From NCBI RefSeq assembly GCF_004010195.1, contig NC_057719.1, positions 89,644,835 through 89,708,834 on the forward strand: a stretch of 64,000 bases of DNA, in the 5' to 3' direction. A program made the position numbers and the translations under genes. How positions within the stretch are numbered: the first letter of the stretch is position 1; each line of letters begins with the position of its first letter. Below are positions 27,009 to 39,276 of the stretch, one piece after another. Below the pieces are notes generated by a model. That model was not told the origin of the DNA. It did not search any database and saw only the letters and a list, made by a program, of their open reading frames with translations. This DNA is from Chiloscyllium plagiosum (lineage: Eukaryota).

Positions 27009-28436
27009 AAACATTAATAAAGTGATGTCTACCAAAGAGTCCACATTACTGAAGAGGAAGTTCTCAATTTCTTAAAATGCATTAAGGTGGGTAAATCGCC
27101 TGGACTTTATCAAGTGTATCCCAGGATGTTGTGGAAAGCTAGGGAATAAATTGCAGGGATGCTAGCAGAGACATTTGTATCATCAACAGGCATGGGTGAG
27201 GTGCTTGTAAACTGTAGATCGCTAATGCTGTCCCTTTAAGAAAGATTACACTGTAGTAATTCTAATTACCCCAAGTTTCCTAGCTTCCATGTCACCTTTC
27301 ATCTGCCAAAGCTTTCTCAAATTCCCTTCTTGCCCACCTGATTTTCCTTTAAGAAAGGAATTGCTTGACAGTACGAAACAGAGTGGTGGTACAGGGATGT
27401 TATTTGGACTGGAGGCCTATGACTTGTGGTGCTCTGCAAGGATCAGTGCTGGGTTCACTATTGTTTGTCATTCATATAAATGATTTGAATGAGAATATAA
27501 GAGGCATTGTTAGCGAATTTGAAGATGACACCAAAATTGGTGGTATAGTGGACAGTGGAGGTGGTTATCAAGAAATACAATGGGATCTTGATAAGCTGGG
27601 CCAATAGGCTGAGGAGTGGCAGATGGTGTTTAATTTAGATAACAAAATGCACCACGTTGCACTTAAGACAAACCAGGGCAGAATTTAGACAGTTAACAGA
27701 AGGGCCCTGGGAGTGTTGTTCAGCAGACAGACCTAGGGGTGCAGGTACATAGCTCCTTGAAAATGGTGTCACAGATAGACAGAATGGTGGAGGCGGCTTT
27801 TGGCATGCCTCACGTCATTCGTCAGACCATTGAGTGTAGGAGTTGGGACGTCATGTTGCAGCAGTACAGTACATTGGTGAGGCCACCTTTGGAGTATTGC
27901 ATGCAGTTCTGGTCATCCTATAGGATGTTATTAAACTGGAAAGGGTGCAGAAAAGCCTTACAAGGATGTTATTGGGACTGGAGGGTTTGAGTTATGAGGA
28001 AGGGATGGATAGTCTGAGACTTTTTTCCCCTGGAGCATCGGAGGTTGAAGAGTGACCTTACTGAGGTTTATAAAATCATGAGGGGCACAGAAAAGGTGAA
28101 TAGCAAAGGTCTTTTCCCTCAGGTAGGAGAGTCCAAACTGGAAGGCATAGGATTAAGATGAGAGAGCAAAGATTTAAAAGAAACTCGAGGGGCAACGTTT
28201 TCCCCACAGAGGGTAGTGCATATTTGGAATGCCAGAGAAAATGGTAGGGGTGGTACAATTCAACATTTAAAAGACATTTGGGCAGGTTCATCAATAGGAA
28301 AGGTCGAAAGAAATATAACTATAAGGCAGGCAAATTGGACTAGTTTAATCTGGAAAATCTGACTGGCAAGGATGAGTTGGACCAAAGGGTCCCTGTTGTC
28401 TGACTATCTGCATAAATTGTTTCCTATGATGTTGTG

Positions 28437-30405
28437 TGTAATGAAACTGCTGCTTTAACAAAGTTATGATGCCCCTTGTATTTTTTTCAGAGAGGTTATA
28501 AAAGACACAGACTCCAAAAAGTTTAAGTCGAAGGGTTTAGGGCCAGTTTGATTATAGCTAACGGATAACAGGCTTTCAAGTTTTTGAAAAAAAAACTTGT
28601 ACAATGAAAGGGGAGTGGCCAGATCTCCCAGCTCAGCTTTACTCTGGTTTGGTTTTTAACAGTAGTGTTGTAAAAGGTGCTGAAATCATAGAAGGAGGTC
28701 CAGGCTGTTCCTACTCTCCCTCTGACATCTCTCTTGTAAGACTGTGTTTGATTTTACCTTCTGTGCCAAGGGGCGTTTATGGCACACCTTGTTGCAAATA
28801 TTGGGAACAGCATGATTAAGTTGGGATAATTCGTTGCGTTTTCGGATAGGTTGTTATTCTATATTTAGTTCTCTTTAGTTTGTGCTTCATTCGGAAATCT
28901 TGTGAATAAATTGTTTTGTTTAAAACGGACTGGTAAGCTAGAGAAGATACATGTTAGGAAGGAATATGTGTTGGACATTTTGAACAACTTGAGGATAGAC
29001 AAGTCCCCCGGGCCTGACAGGATATATCCTAGGATTATGTGGGAAGCAAGAGAGGAAATTGCAGTACCGAGATTCTTGAATCAGTAGACATAGAGAGCAG
29101 TAGACGTACTCTGTATAAATTTCAGTAAGGCCTTTGATTAGGTTCGACATGATAGGCTGCTCTGGAAGATTCGATCACATTGAATGCAGGGGGACCATGC
29201 AAACTGGGTACTCAATTGGCTTGATGTTAGGAAGGAGAGATTGGATAGAAAACTGGCTAACCGGTCGAAGGCAGAGAGTGGTGGTAGATGGTAAATATTC
29301 AGCCTGGAGCCCAGTTACAAGTGGAGTTCCGCAGGGATCAGTTCTGGGTCCTCTGCTGTTTGTAATTTTTATTAATGACTTAGATGAGGGAGTCGAAGGG
29401 TGGGTCAGTAAATTTGCAGATGATACGAAGATAGGTGTAGTTGTGGACAGTGAGGAGGGCTGTTGTCGGCTGCAGAGGGACTTAGATATGATGCAGAGCT
29501 GGGCTGAGGAGTGGCAGATGGAGTTCAACCCTGCCAAGTGTGAGGTTGTCCATTTTGGAAGAACAAATAAGAATGCGGAATTCAGGGTTAATGGTAGGGT
29601 TCTTAGTCAGGTGGAGGAACAGAGGGATCTTGGGGTCTATGTACATAGTTCTTTGAAGGTTGCCACTCAGGTGGATAGAGTTTGTAAGAAGGCCTATGGA
29701 GTATTATCGTTCATTAGCAGAGGGATTGAATTCAAGAGTCGTGAAGTGATGTTGCAGCTGTACAGGACTTTGGTTAGGCCACATTTGGAGTACTGTGTGC
29801 AGTTCTGGTCGCCTCACTTTAGGAAAGATGTGGAAGCTTTGGAGGGGGTGCAGAGAAGATTTACCAGGATGTTGCCTGGAATGGAGAATAGGTCATGCGA
29901 GGATAGGTTGAGAGTGCTAGGCCTTTTCTCGTTGGAACGGTGAAGGATGAGGGGTGACTTGATAGAGGTTTCTAAGATGATCAGAGGAATAGATAGAGTA
30001 GACAGTCAGAAACTTTTTCCCTGGGTACAACAGAGTGTTACAAGGGGACATAAATTTAAGGTGAAGGGTGGAAGGTATAGGGGAGATGTCAGGGGTGGGT
30101 TCTTTACCCAGAGAGTGGTGGGGGCATGGAATGCGCTGCCTGTGGGAGTGGTAGAGTCAGAATCTTTGGTGATCTTTAAACAGCAATTGGATAGGTACAT
30201 GGATGGGTGCTTAAGCTAGGACAAATGTTCGGCACAACATCGTGGGCCGAAGGGCCTGTTCTGTGCTGTATTGTTCTATGTTCTAAAACTAAGTGGTTTG
30301 ACCAGCTGCATCTCTCCTGGAATACCTACTTTACACCTGCTTAAAACAACTAGCAAAGTTAGGGTCTGGGCTATTTTCTTGAGAGGTCTGGCCTGGTCTA
30401 TAATA
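28437..30405 (+). mobile_element. Solo LTR split by a CR1 insertion (LTR parts 28437-28926 and 30284-30405)
   Basis: TGTAATG...CTATAATA termini, degenerate 4-bp TSD TGTG/TATG in a CR1 host, AATAAA at ~28905. Confidence 0.6.
28927..30283 (+). mobile_element. Young 5'-truncated, chimeric CR1 LINE
   Basis: ORF 29134-29943 with GVPQGSVLGP..SKFADDTK. One TGA separates it from the in-frame ORF 29947-30219. (TTCTATG) tail; TSD TAAAAC. Confidence 0.93.
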
Positions 30406-31067
30406 TATGGGAGATGAGAGGAGAAATTGGAGGGGCTTTGACCCAAATTTTTAAATCATCTCTGGCCATTGAGAAGTATTATGTTTACAAGAAAAGTGGT
30501 AGAGATGGACCGGAGAAATATAGACCAGTGACCCTAGCATAAGTGATACAGAAACTATTGGAGAAAATTATAAAGCAGAAAAGTACACTCCATTTAGTGA
30601 GATAAGCTTTGATCAGGGGTTGTCAGAAGGAGGTCATACCTAACAAATTTGGTGGAATTTTTCAAAGAGGTGTCCATGTGTGTAGATGAGGGTGGGAAAA
30701 TTGATGTAGTGTGTATGGATTTCAGCATGGCCTGATGGCCCCACATGGGAGAATGATAAAGAAGGTGAAAGTACATGGGATCCACGGTAAATTGGCTTAG
30801 TAACAAGAGACAGAGGATGGTGGTAGAAGGCTGTTTGTGTGACTGACGGCCAGCTCCAGTGGCATACCACAGGGACCAGTGCCAGGTCATTGATCATTTG
30901 TAGTATTTATAAATGATGTAAATGAGAATGTGACAGGAATGATAAGTAAATTTGCAAATGACACAAAGTTGGGCTGGGTGGTTGACAGTGAGGAGGAAGG
31001 TCTTAGGTTACAGGAGGATAACTTTTTATTTAATATATTTTTCTAACCAATCTGTTCAAAGATGTTA

Positions 31068-31383
31068 ATTAGATTAGATTACTTACAGTGTGGAAACAGG
31101 CCCTTCGGCCCAACAAGTCCACACCGACCCGCCGAAGCGCAACCCACCCATACCCCTACATTTACCCCTTTAACCTAACACTACGGGCAATTTAGCATGG
31201 CCAATTCACCTGACCCGCACATCTTTGGACTGTGGGAAGAAACCGGAGCACCCGGAGGAAACCCACGCAGACACGGGGAGAATGTGCAAACTCCACACAG
31301 TCAGTCGCCTGAGTCGGGAATTGAACCCGGGTCTCTGGCGCTGTGAGGCAGCAGTGCTAACCACTGTGCCACCGTGCCGCCCA
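31068..31383 (-). mobile_element. HE1-type V-SINE (young)
   Basis: Near-identical to the copies at 14049 and 34431. Confidence 0.92.
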
Positions 31384-31685
31384 AATGTGTTATTATACAT
31401 CTCTGGAGCAGGTAGGACTTGAAACCTGGGTTACTCGTTTAAGGGGTAGGCACATTACCGCTGCACCACAAAAGGGTCTCATGATTACAGTAGGATATAA
31501 ACAGATTAGTCAGATTAGCAGCAGATGCAATTTAATCCTGATAAATGTGAGGTGATGCACTTTGGAAGAGGAAACAAGTCAGGGAGTATTCAAAAAATGG
31601 CAAGAGACTAGGAAGTTCAGAGGAACAGAGGCTTTTTGGGATGTTTGTCTACAATTCCCTGAAGGTGGCAGCACAGGTTTATAGC

Positions 31686-31829
31686 TTAAAAATGTGTTGC
31701 TGGAAAAGCGCAGCTAATGCCCGAAACGTCGATTCTCCTGTTCCTTTGATGCTGCCCGACCTGCTGCACTTTTCTAGCAACACATTTTTAAGCTCTGATC
31801 TCCAGCATCTGCAGTCCTCACTTTCTCCT
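31686..31829. mobile_element. PLE family-A mini hairpin
   Basis: Short inverted arm plus a full terminus; TSD AGCACAGGTT(T/A)ATAG in a CR1 host. Confidence 0.8.
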
Positions 31830-31879
31830 AGCACAGGTTAATAGGATAGTTAATAGGGCATCTGGGACACGCCTTTATT

Positions 31880-32217
31880 ATAGAATCCCTACAGTGTGGA
31901 AACAGGCCATTTGGCCCAACAAGTCCACAATGACCCTCCGAAGAATAATGAACCCAGACCCATTCCCCAACCCTATTACTCTGCATGTCCCCTGACTAAT
32001 GCACCTAACTTATACATCCCTGAACACTATGGGCAATTTAGCATGGCCAATTCACCTATCCTACACATTTTTGGACGGCTGGAGGAAACCAGAGCATCCA
32101 GAGAAACCAACACAGACACAGGGAGAATGTGCAAACTTCACACACAGTACCCAATGCAGAACTGAACGCAGTCTCTGGCGCTGTGAGGCAGCAGTGCTAC
32201 CACTGAGCCACCCCGCC
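31880..32217 (-). mobile_element. HE1-type V-SINE (older)
   Basis: Diverged homologue of the other HE1 copies. Confidence 0.85.
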
Positions 32218-32520
32218 ACTTTAGTTGTCATGATACTCCCAACAAAATAAGGAACACGTTAAAAAAAATTCAGCAATTCAAGCGTGAATTGTGTCAAGAC
32301 AGTTCTTCTCAGGTCCTCAACAAAACAGTGCCCAGAGACCAAAAAAAACTATTCAACACACTGCAATAAGCTTCAGGAACAACAATTACATTTATGCAAG
32401 AAACCTTGTTTACCCATTACTGTATGACACGAGTCATGAATTACTCTCTCCGAAATTGATTCCCTATACATGAAAATCCAAACTTTGAAGTCACAAGTTA
32501 AAAATTCTACTTTTCCTTAC

Positions 32521-32638
32521 AGCCTTATCATTCAGATGAAATCACAAAACCTGAGAAGAAGCGTAACACTTCATCAGCAGCACGAGACCATGGAAGTCAA
32601 TGGACATGGACAACAGAATCTTAATCCATTGTAATTGC
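32521..32638 (-). other. Candidate DCAF4 5' exon carrying a possible start codon (ATG at 32531)
   Basis: Non-repeat island with acceptor gtgttacAG and donor CT|GTAAGG. ATG ATA AGG CT| would splice in frame to exon 13771 (MIRLNQRSD). No protein homology support. Confidence 0.3.
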
Positions 32639-32744
32639 CTGTAACACACAGATTTCTCCACAACAAAGCTGAGTCAAGCAGGGAGGAGATACAGAACTTT
32701 AGTTAGGCCACAGTTGGAATACTGAGTGTAGTTTTGGTCTCTGC

Positions 32745-34010
32745 GATTTTTGAGAAGATTCATAGCTAAGGTTGAGGTTCAGGTTGTAACTTTGCTCACT
32801 GAACCTGTAGATTTATTCCCAGATGTTTCATCGTCATGCTAGATAACATCACCGGTGAGCCTCCAATGCTGGCATTTTGTCCCTTTCTATTTATGTTTCT
32901 TGGTCTGTTAAGGTGGGTGATATAATTTCCAGTTGTTTTTCTCGTAGGTTGGTAAACGGGGTCCAAATCGATGTGTTTATTGATGGAGTTCTGGCTTGAA
33001 TGCTAGGCCTCAAGGAATTGCCGTGTATATTTTTGTTTAGCTTGTCCTACCATAGTGTGACTACCACATGGTAGAAGAACAACAACAGGTACCCAATAAG
33101 CAGTCTGCCAATTCTTAAACAACAAACCCAAATCAGAAGTAACAACAAACCCAAACAAGAAGTCACAACATGCACAAAGACTCTAGCCACACTACCATAT
33201 ATCAAAGACATCTCGGAGATGACGACCAGACTATTCGGATCCCTTGGCATCATGGTAGCCCACAAACCTACCAACATACTGAAACAACTACTGATAAACC
33301 TAAATGACCCTGAACTGACAACCAGCAAAACGAATGTCATGTACAAAAATACTCTGCAAGGACTATAACAAACACTACATCAGACAGGAGAAAGTGAGGA
33401 CTGCAGATACTGGAGATCAGAGCTGAAAATGTATTGCTGGAAAAGCACAGCAGGTCAGGCAGCATCCAGGGAACAGGAGAATCGACATTTCGGGCATAAG
33501 CCCTTCTTCAGGAATCCTGAAGAAAGGCTTATGCCCGAAACGTCGATTCTCCTGTTCCTTGGATGCTGCCTGACCTGCTCCGCTTTTCCAGCAACACATT
33601 TTCAGCACTACATCGGACAGACAGGCAGGAAACTAGCCACCAGGATACACGGGAACCAACTAGCCACCAAAAGACATGACCAACTATCACTAGTATCCTC
33701 ACACATAGGTGAAGGAGGACACCACGTCGACTGGGACAACATATCCAGAGGACAGGCTAAACAAAGACATGCACAGGAATTCCTAGAGACCTGGCATTCA
33801 AACCAGACCTCCATCAATAAACACATCGTCCTGGATTCCCTTTACCGACCTCTGAGAAAAAGACAAGGAAATTATATCACCCACCTTAACAGACCAATTC
33901 ACATAAAGAGACAAAACATCAGAGCTCGCTGAAGATGTTACCTAGTGTGGTGATGAAATGTCTGAAAACAAACCTACCAGCTCAATGAGCAAACTTACAA
34001 CCTGAGTTTT
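32745..34010 (+). mobile_element. Penelope-like element (third family) with inverted 5' pLTR and a nested family-A hairpin at 33386-33606
   Basis: ATLPYIKDISE and HYIGQTGRKLATRIH GIY-YIG motifs. 32770-33045 is an inverted copy of ~33750-34005. The nested hairpin has TSD CACTACATC(A/G)GACAG. Confidence 0.85.
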
Positions 34011-34430
34011 GGTCTCCTGATTATAGGATGAAGATGATTGCATTGGAGGAGGTGTAACGAAGATTTCAGTTAGAACATTTCAGTTAGGAGAGAAGCTGGA
34101 TAAGCTCATATTGTTTTCTTTTAGAGCAGAGAAGGTTGAGAGGAGTGCTTATAGAGGTATAATAAAGATTGAGGGAAATGGACAGCAGCTCTTCCCTTAG
34201 TCGAAGAATCAATACCAAGGGGACATAACTGTCAAGTGGAAGGCAGTATGTTTAGGAGGATTTAAGAAAATTGTTTTTCACTTGAACGGTGATGTGGGTC
34301 TGGAATGCATTGCCTGGGAGGGAAGTTGAGGCAGAAAATCTCAAGCTTTAAAAAGTACTTGGATGAACACTTCAAAAGGTCATCATATTCAAGGTTGGGG
34401 GCTAGAATGGGAAAATGAGACTACTATTGT

Positions 34431-34737
34431 GGGCGGCACAGTGGTTAGCACTGCTGCCTCACAGCGCCAGAGACCCGGGTTCAATTCCCGCCTCAGGCGA
34501 CTGACTGTGTGGAGTTTGCACGTTCTCCCCGTGTCTGCGTGGGTTTCCTCCGGGTGCTCCGGTTTCCTCCCACCATCCAAAAAGATGTGCAGGGTGAGGT
34601 GAATTGGCCACACTAAATTGCCTGTAGTGTTAGGTAAGGGGTAAATGTAGGGGTATGGGTGGGTTTCGCTTCGGCGGGTTGGTGTGGACATGTTGGGCCG
34701 AAGGGCCTGTTTCCACACTGTAATCTAATCTAATCTA
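34431..34737 (+). mobile_element. HE1-type V-SINE
   Basis: GGGCGGCACAGTGGTTAGCACTG...GGGTTCAATTCC...(TAATC)n. Confidence 0.92.
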
Positions 34738-34799
34738 TAGATAATACTGTATTCTATTTTTAGCCATTCTATTTATGGGCCAAAGGGCCTCTTTTGTCC

Positions 34800-35299
34800 N
34801 NNNNNNNNNNNNNNNNNNNNNNNNNNNNNNNNNNNNNNNNNNNNNNNNNNNNNNNNNNNNNNNNNNNNNNNNNNNNNNNNNNNNNNNNNNNNNNNNNNNN
34901 NNNNNNNNNNNNNNNNNNNNNNNNNNNNNNNNNNNNNNNNNNNNNNNNNNNNNNNNNNNNNNNNNNNNNNNNNNNNNNNNNNNNNNNNNNNNNNNNNNNN
35001 NNNNNNNNNNNNNNNNNNNNNNNNNNNNNNNNNNNNNNNNNNNNNNNNNNNNNNNNNNNNNNNNNNNNNNNNNNNNNNNNNNNNNNNNNNNNNNNNNNNN
35101 NNNNNNNNNNNNNNNNNNNNNNNNNNNNNNNNNNNNNNNNNNNNNNNNNNNNNNNNNNNNNNNNNNNNNNNNNNNNNNNNNNNNNNNNNNNNNNNNNNNN
35201 NNNNNNNNNNNNNNNNNNNNNNNNNNNNNNNNNNNNNNNNNNNNNNNNNNNNNNNNNNNNNNNNNNNNNNNNNNNNNNNNNNNNNNNNNNNNNNNNNNN
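34800..35299. other. Assembly gap (500 N)
   Basis: Run of N; a second 12-N gap lies at 62964-62975. Confidence 1.
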
Positions 35300-35445
35300 C
35301 TGTTGAAGCGAAGCTGTCATCGTGGGGGATGCTGGTGTAGAGTGCTGAAACGTCCACTGTAACGATGAATATTCCCTGTTTGACTAGGCCGTGAGTGCAG
35401 AGTTTCTGTAAGAAGTCTGTAGTGTTGCGACAGATGCTGGGATTT
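35300..35445 (-). mobile_element. PLE RT fragment next to the gap
   Basis: MDVSALYTSIPHDD is PLE RT motif A. Confidence 0.75.
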
Positions 35446-36429
35446 CACTTAACATTGTCTCATCAACAAATTTGGATATATGGCTATTTGTGTCATTATC
35501 CAATTAATTAATAAATAATGTAAATAACTTGAGGGTCTATCAGAGATCCTATGGGATACCACTGATCACATCTTGCCAAATTGAGTTCCTACCCATCAAC
35601 CATTCTTTTTGTCACCTGTCACTCAACCAATTTCAGCTACTGCTTCACCAGTCACAATGTCAGTAATTTGCTCTCAATATCATAGGATTCTAACTTAGCC
35701 TCTTATGTGGGACTTTATCAAATGCCTCTGGTAATCCATATAAGCAACATCCATTGACATTCCCATGTCCATACCTCAGCCACCTCTTCAAAACTTCAGT
35801 AAGGTTTGTTGGCATGACCTGTCATAAATCCATGCTGGCTCTGTGACTCTCACTGGTTAACTGAGAATTTTCAAGGTGCTTAGTTACCCCATCCCTGATT
35901 ATAAACTCCAACATTTTCCTTACCACAGATGTTAGGCTAACTGGTCTACAATTCCCTCGCAATGGTGTGCAATTTTCCATTCTAGAGTGACAACTCCTGC
36001 ATGTAGGAAACTTTGCAAGATTTCAAGCAGGGTATCTACGGTGTACTCTACTACGTGTACTTCTTTTAACGCCCGCGGATGGTAACGGGAAATCCTGGGG
36101 AGCTGCCACTCTTCAATTTCATTCATTTGCTTATTAGTAATGTTTTACTTACGTACTGGACTCAAAACGTTAATGCTGCTTTCCCTCTTCACAGATACTG
36201 CCAGACCTGCTCAGTTTCCCCAGCAATTTGCTTTTTTGTTTCAGATCTCGAGTATCTGCAGTTCTTTTGATATCGCTCTGCTTCTCCAGATGCTATTTCC
36301 ATCACATTATCCTGAGTCAGCCAGCCACGAACACTCCTCTCTTAATTGACTACAACCTCCCTCTGATTCACTGGTTTGATCCCTAACTAGCACCACTCCT
36401 TCCAGTCACCAATATTTTCCCCAATCCTT

Positions 36430-36960
36430 GAACGGTCGCTTCCACTTCCGGGTCAGAGGGCAGGAAACGAGGATCCAAGGGGAGGTTCGGCGGGATGGTA
36501 CTCACTGCGCATGTTCCCGCTGTGGCGTTTCCCCTCCCCGAACCTATTGCGCATGCTCAGTGTTGGATAACGGGAATATGAGTGGTTGGATGAAGTTAAA
36601 AATTTATAGTCCAAGAGGTTTATTTGGAAGCACTGGCTTTCCAAGCGCTGTTTCTTCCTCATGAGATAACCACCTGATGAAGGAGCAGAGTTCCCAAATC
36701 ATGGGGTTGGATGGAAAGTTCTGGAATGTGGCGAGAGACGTCGTTAAACCTGAGTGTGGTCGCGCGGGGCGGTAGTTAGTTTTGAATTTTCGTTCCGTTC
36801 GAACTTGTCCGCGAGCCATCAGGGAGGCTCTGGGTCGAGTCAGTGAGATGCTTCGATAGGATAAACGTCGGAGAATACCTGGGGCTATGGGTGACTGGGC
36901 GAAATTGGGAGAGGGGCGCGACTGACTGCAGTCGGGGGTTTGGGGACGAACACCGGCGTC
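36430..36960. promoter_or_regulatory. CpG-rich promoter, probably for DCAF4 and possibly bidirectional
   Basis: Non-repeat CpG-rich tract. ETS/GABP-like ACTTCCGGG at about 36445; two NRF1-like TGCGCATG at 36506 and about 36548; GC box CGGGGCGG at about 36765; minus-strand donor GTGAGTA at 36505. Confidence 0.65.
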
Positions 36961-37451
36961 TGGTGAGGGGGGTGGTGGTGGATACTGAAGTCTGGTCAGT
37001 GGGATGCCTGAGTGCAATTAGGAGTGGATTATGGAAGGGGGGAAACAGTGTTTCGACTCCAAACGACCAAGACATGCTGGACCTGTCCATGGGGTGAGGG
37101 AGATCAGGTCATAGGGTTCGTGCGGAGTCTTGGGAGGATGTTGTATTGGATTCCGATCATCTGCGGTTTGGGGAGGTGTCTGGATGTGGGGGCGTGAGTT
37201 GGATTGGGAGGGGTGTTGCTCCGGGGATGAGACATGAGGTGGAGTATAGTTTCCTGATTAGAGACATAGAGATGTAAATATTATATGTACACAACAGACA
37301 ATAAGGGGTCCCAGTACTGATTCTTGTGGTATATTGCCGGGTACCGTTTTCAGTCACTCAAACAGCCTTCTACCCTTTGTGTTGTATTACTAAGCCAGTT
37401 TCTGATCCCTTTCACTAGATTTTACTCAATTCCATCTCAGTCAGTCTCTTA

Positions 37452-37737
37452 TGTGAGAAGTGAAGCTCACTGCCAAATAGTTTTAGTCAGAGTCAAATTC
37501 TGAAGCAGTCTTTATTCATACGTTCTTGCAAGAGCAGGTATCCAAGAAGTAGGCACACCCCTGAACAATATCAGTGCATTTTTATACAGTCTCTGAGTCT
37601 CTCAGTACTTCCCCTTTTACCTCATACGTGATAGTTGCAGTTGCTCTGTGCAGCTGCTAATCTAATCAGTTTACCACATCCGACTGTGGCCTGTTGTTAG
37701 CGTGCAACTGAAGCAACACTTCCACATGTTCTCCACA
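37452..37737 (-). repeat. ERV 3' LTR
   Basis: TG...CA ends; preceded on the minus strand by the polypurine tract AAGAAGAAAAGGGGGAAT. Confidence 0.93.
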
Positions 37738-37799
37738 ATTCCCCCTTTTCTTCTTGGCTAATATTTTTTCTCTTCTGCATGTCCCTCATACGTCGCCTC

Positions 37800-39276
37800 T
37801 AAGTTTGTCAGCAGCATCCCTGAGACCTCATCTATCTTGGAAACTTCTTCAAGATCACTCATCCCCTCATTTTTCAACGGGTAGAGTTCCTCTCTCTGAC
37901 TACCTGTTACAGGCATTTGTTTAGTCAGGGCCATTTCAGGGCCATTTCAATCAGCCGCTGGGTTAGTCCCCGTGCACAAGGTACGATGCAACATCCTATA
38001 GCTATCAGTACTCCAACAACCACTATCAAGGAGGTGAGTATGGAGACCACTTATGCCTTTCCATTTCCCAAACCATGAATCCAGCCACCCAGTGAGCAAT
38101 GTGTCTACCCCTGAATTCTCAGCCAGTTCCTCTGCTAAGGTAGTCAACCCCCGCAGGGCTCGAGTGATTGACCCATCGGGCGCTGTTATTTGGAATAAAG
38201 GTACAACAGCTTCCCCCCTAACATCTCTCACACATCGCCTTTTTCAGTTAGGATCATGTCTAAGGCCATTCTGTTCTCCCAAGCTATTCTGCTGTTGCAT
38301 CGAGCTGCTAGCCAGTTCCTCTGCTAAGGTAGTCAACCCCCGTAGGGCTCGAGTGATTGACCGATCGGGCGCTGTTATTTGGAATAAAGGTACAACAGCT
38401 CCCCCCTAACATCTCTCACACATCGCCTTTTTCAGTTAGGATCATGTCTAAGGCCATTCTGTTCTCCCAAGCTATTCTGCTGGTTGCATCGAGCTGCTCT
38501 GCTATACCTTTGACTGCATCCCTAGCGTAGTTAATGAACCTCTGCTGATTATAGAAAATATAATTTATCAAATCCACATTCTTGTTGACCGTTACCCACC
38601 AGAAGAGAGCTGACTCAAAGCCTGCTGCAATCTGGTTGTGAGCCTTGAACTCATCTGGCACCCTTCTAGGAACTCCTTTAGAGACTAGTTATATCCAATC
38701 ATCAAAAGAAGTATCCAATAATGATCTTTTACTCTGACTCCCTTTTGTCACAATCTTTTCCTTTTCAAATGCCAAGGTGAATGGGATTGCCAATTGCACA
38801 TATGCCTCCCCAATCTGGAGGTAGGGTGGATCTCAGTATTTTCCCTCCACAGATCCGCTCAGGAAACCTGCAGGGCTGAGTAGTTCTCTCCCTTGTCTGT
38901 TCCGGTCACATTTTCAATTTTTATACACTATTTCAGCTCCCCCTAGTCTCTGAACTGATTTAGACCTTGTCTGCTGACACATGACGTGTACTTTCTGACC
39001 GTGGCCAAAAACGTGGGGGGGGATTTTTAAATCTTTCTTCTCCAAGGGAGGGAACATTAGTGATAGGGAAGTACAATTCCCATTATTCCATGCAGTGTTA
39101 TCCTGATACAGGGCTATCATATTTCATGCCCTTCCTGTCTCTCTGCCACCCAAGCGGAAAGGGAACTACCTGGGCCACTGGCCTACCGGAGGCACGTGCA
39201 TAGCAATTGTTTTTGTTCAGACTTTTCAGTGTATCCCCATAGCCAGTTTCTATTTCGATGGTCTGTTTTAAATCCT
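37800..39276 (-). pseudogene. env: ERV env remnant (PABL/HERV-R(b)-like TM)
   Basis: PDEFKAHNQIAAGFES..WWVTVNKNVD..NQQRFIN..WENRMALDMILTEKG (ISD-like) and TAPDGSITRALRGL..GWLDSWFGKWKG. Frameshifted and partly duplicated. Confidence 0.88.

Larger units (their letters stand above)
23870..28400 (+). mobile_element. Mosaic of decayed CR1 fragments
   Basis: ORF1-, APE- and RT-like segments, e.g. QGSVLGSLLF..FEDDTKIGG. Confidence 0.75.

Noticed and set aside
29134..29943. Intact or domesticated RT gene
   Set aside because: 5'-truncated CR1 with a TSD, an internal stop and no endonuclease.
34431..34500. tRNA gene (A/B boxes)
   Set aside because: tRNA-derived SINE head continuous with the V-domain and CR1 tail; no complete cloverleaf seen.
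34769..35362. Long ORFs made of X
   Set aside because: Artefacts of the 500-N gap.
36600..36700. Promoter-associated functional hammerhead (CACCTGATGAAGGAGC)
   Set aside because: Decayed PLE family-B remnant; stem II and the GAAA half are broken.
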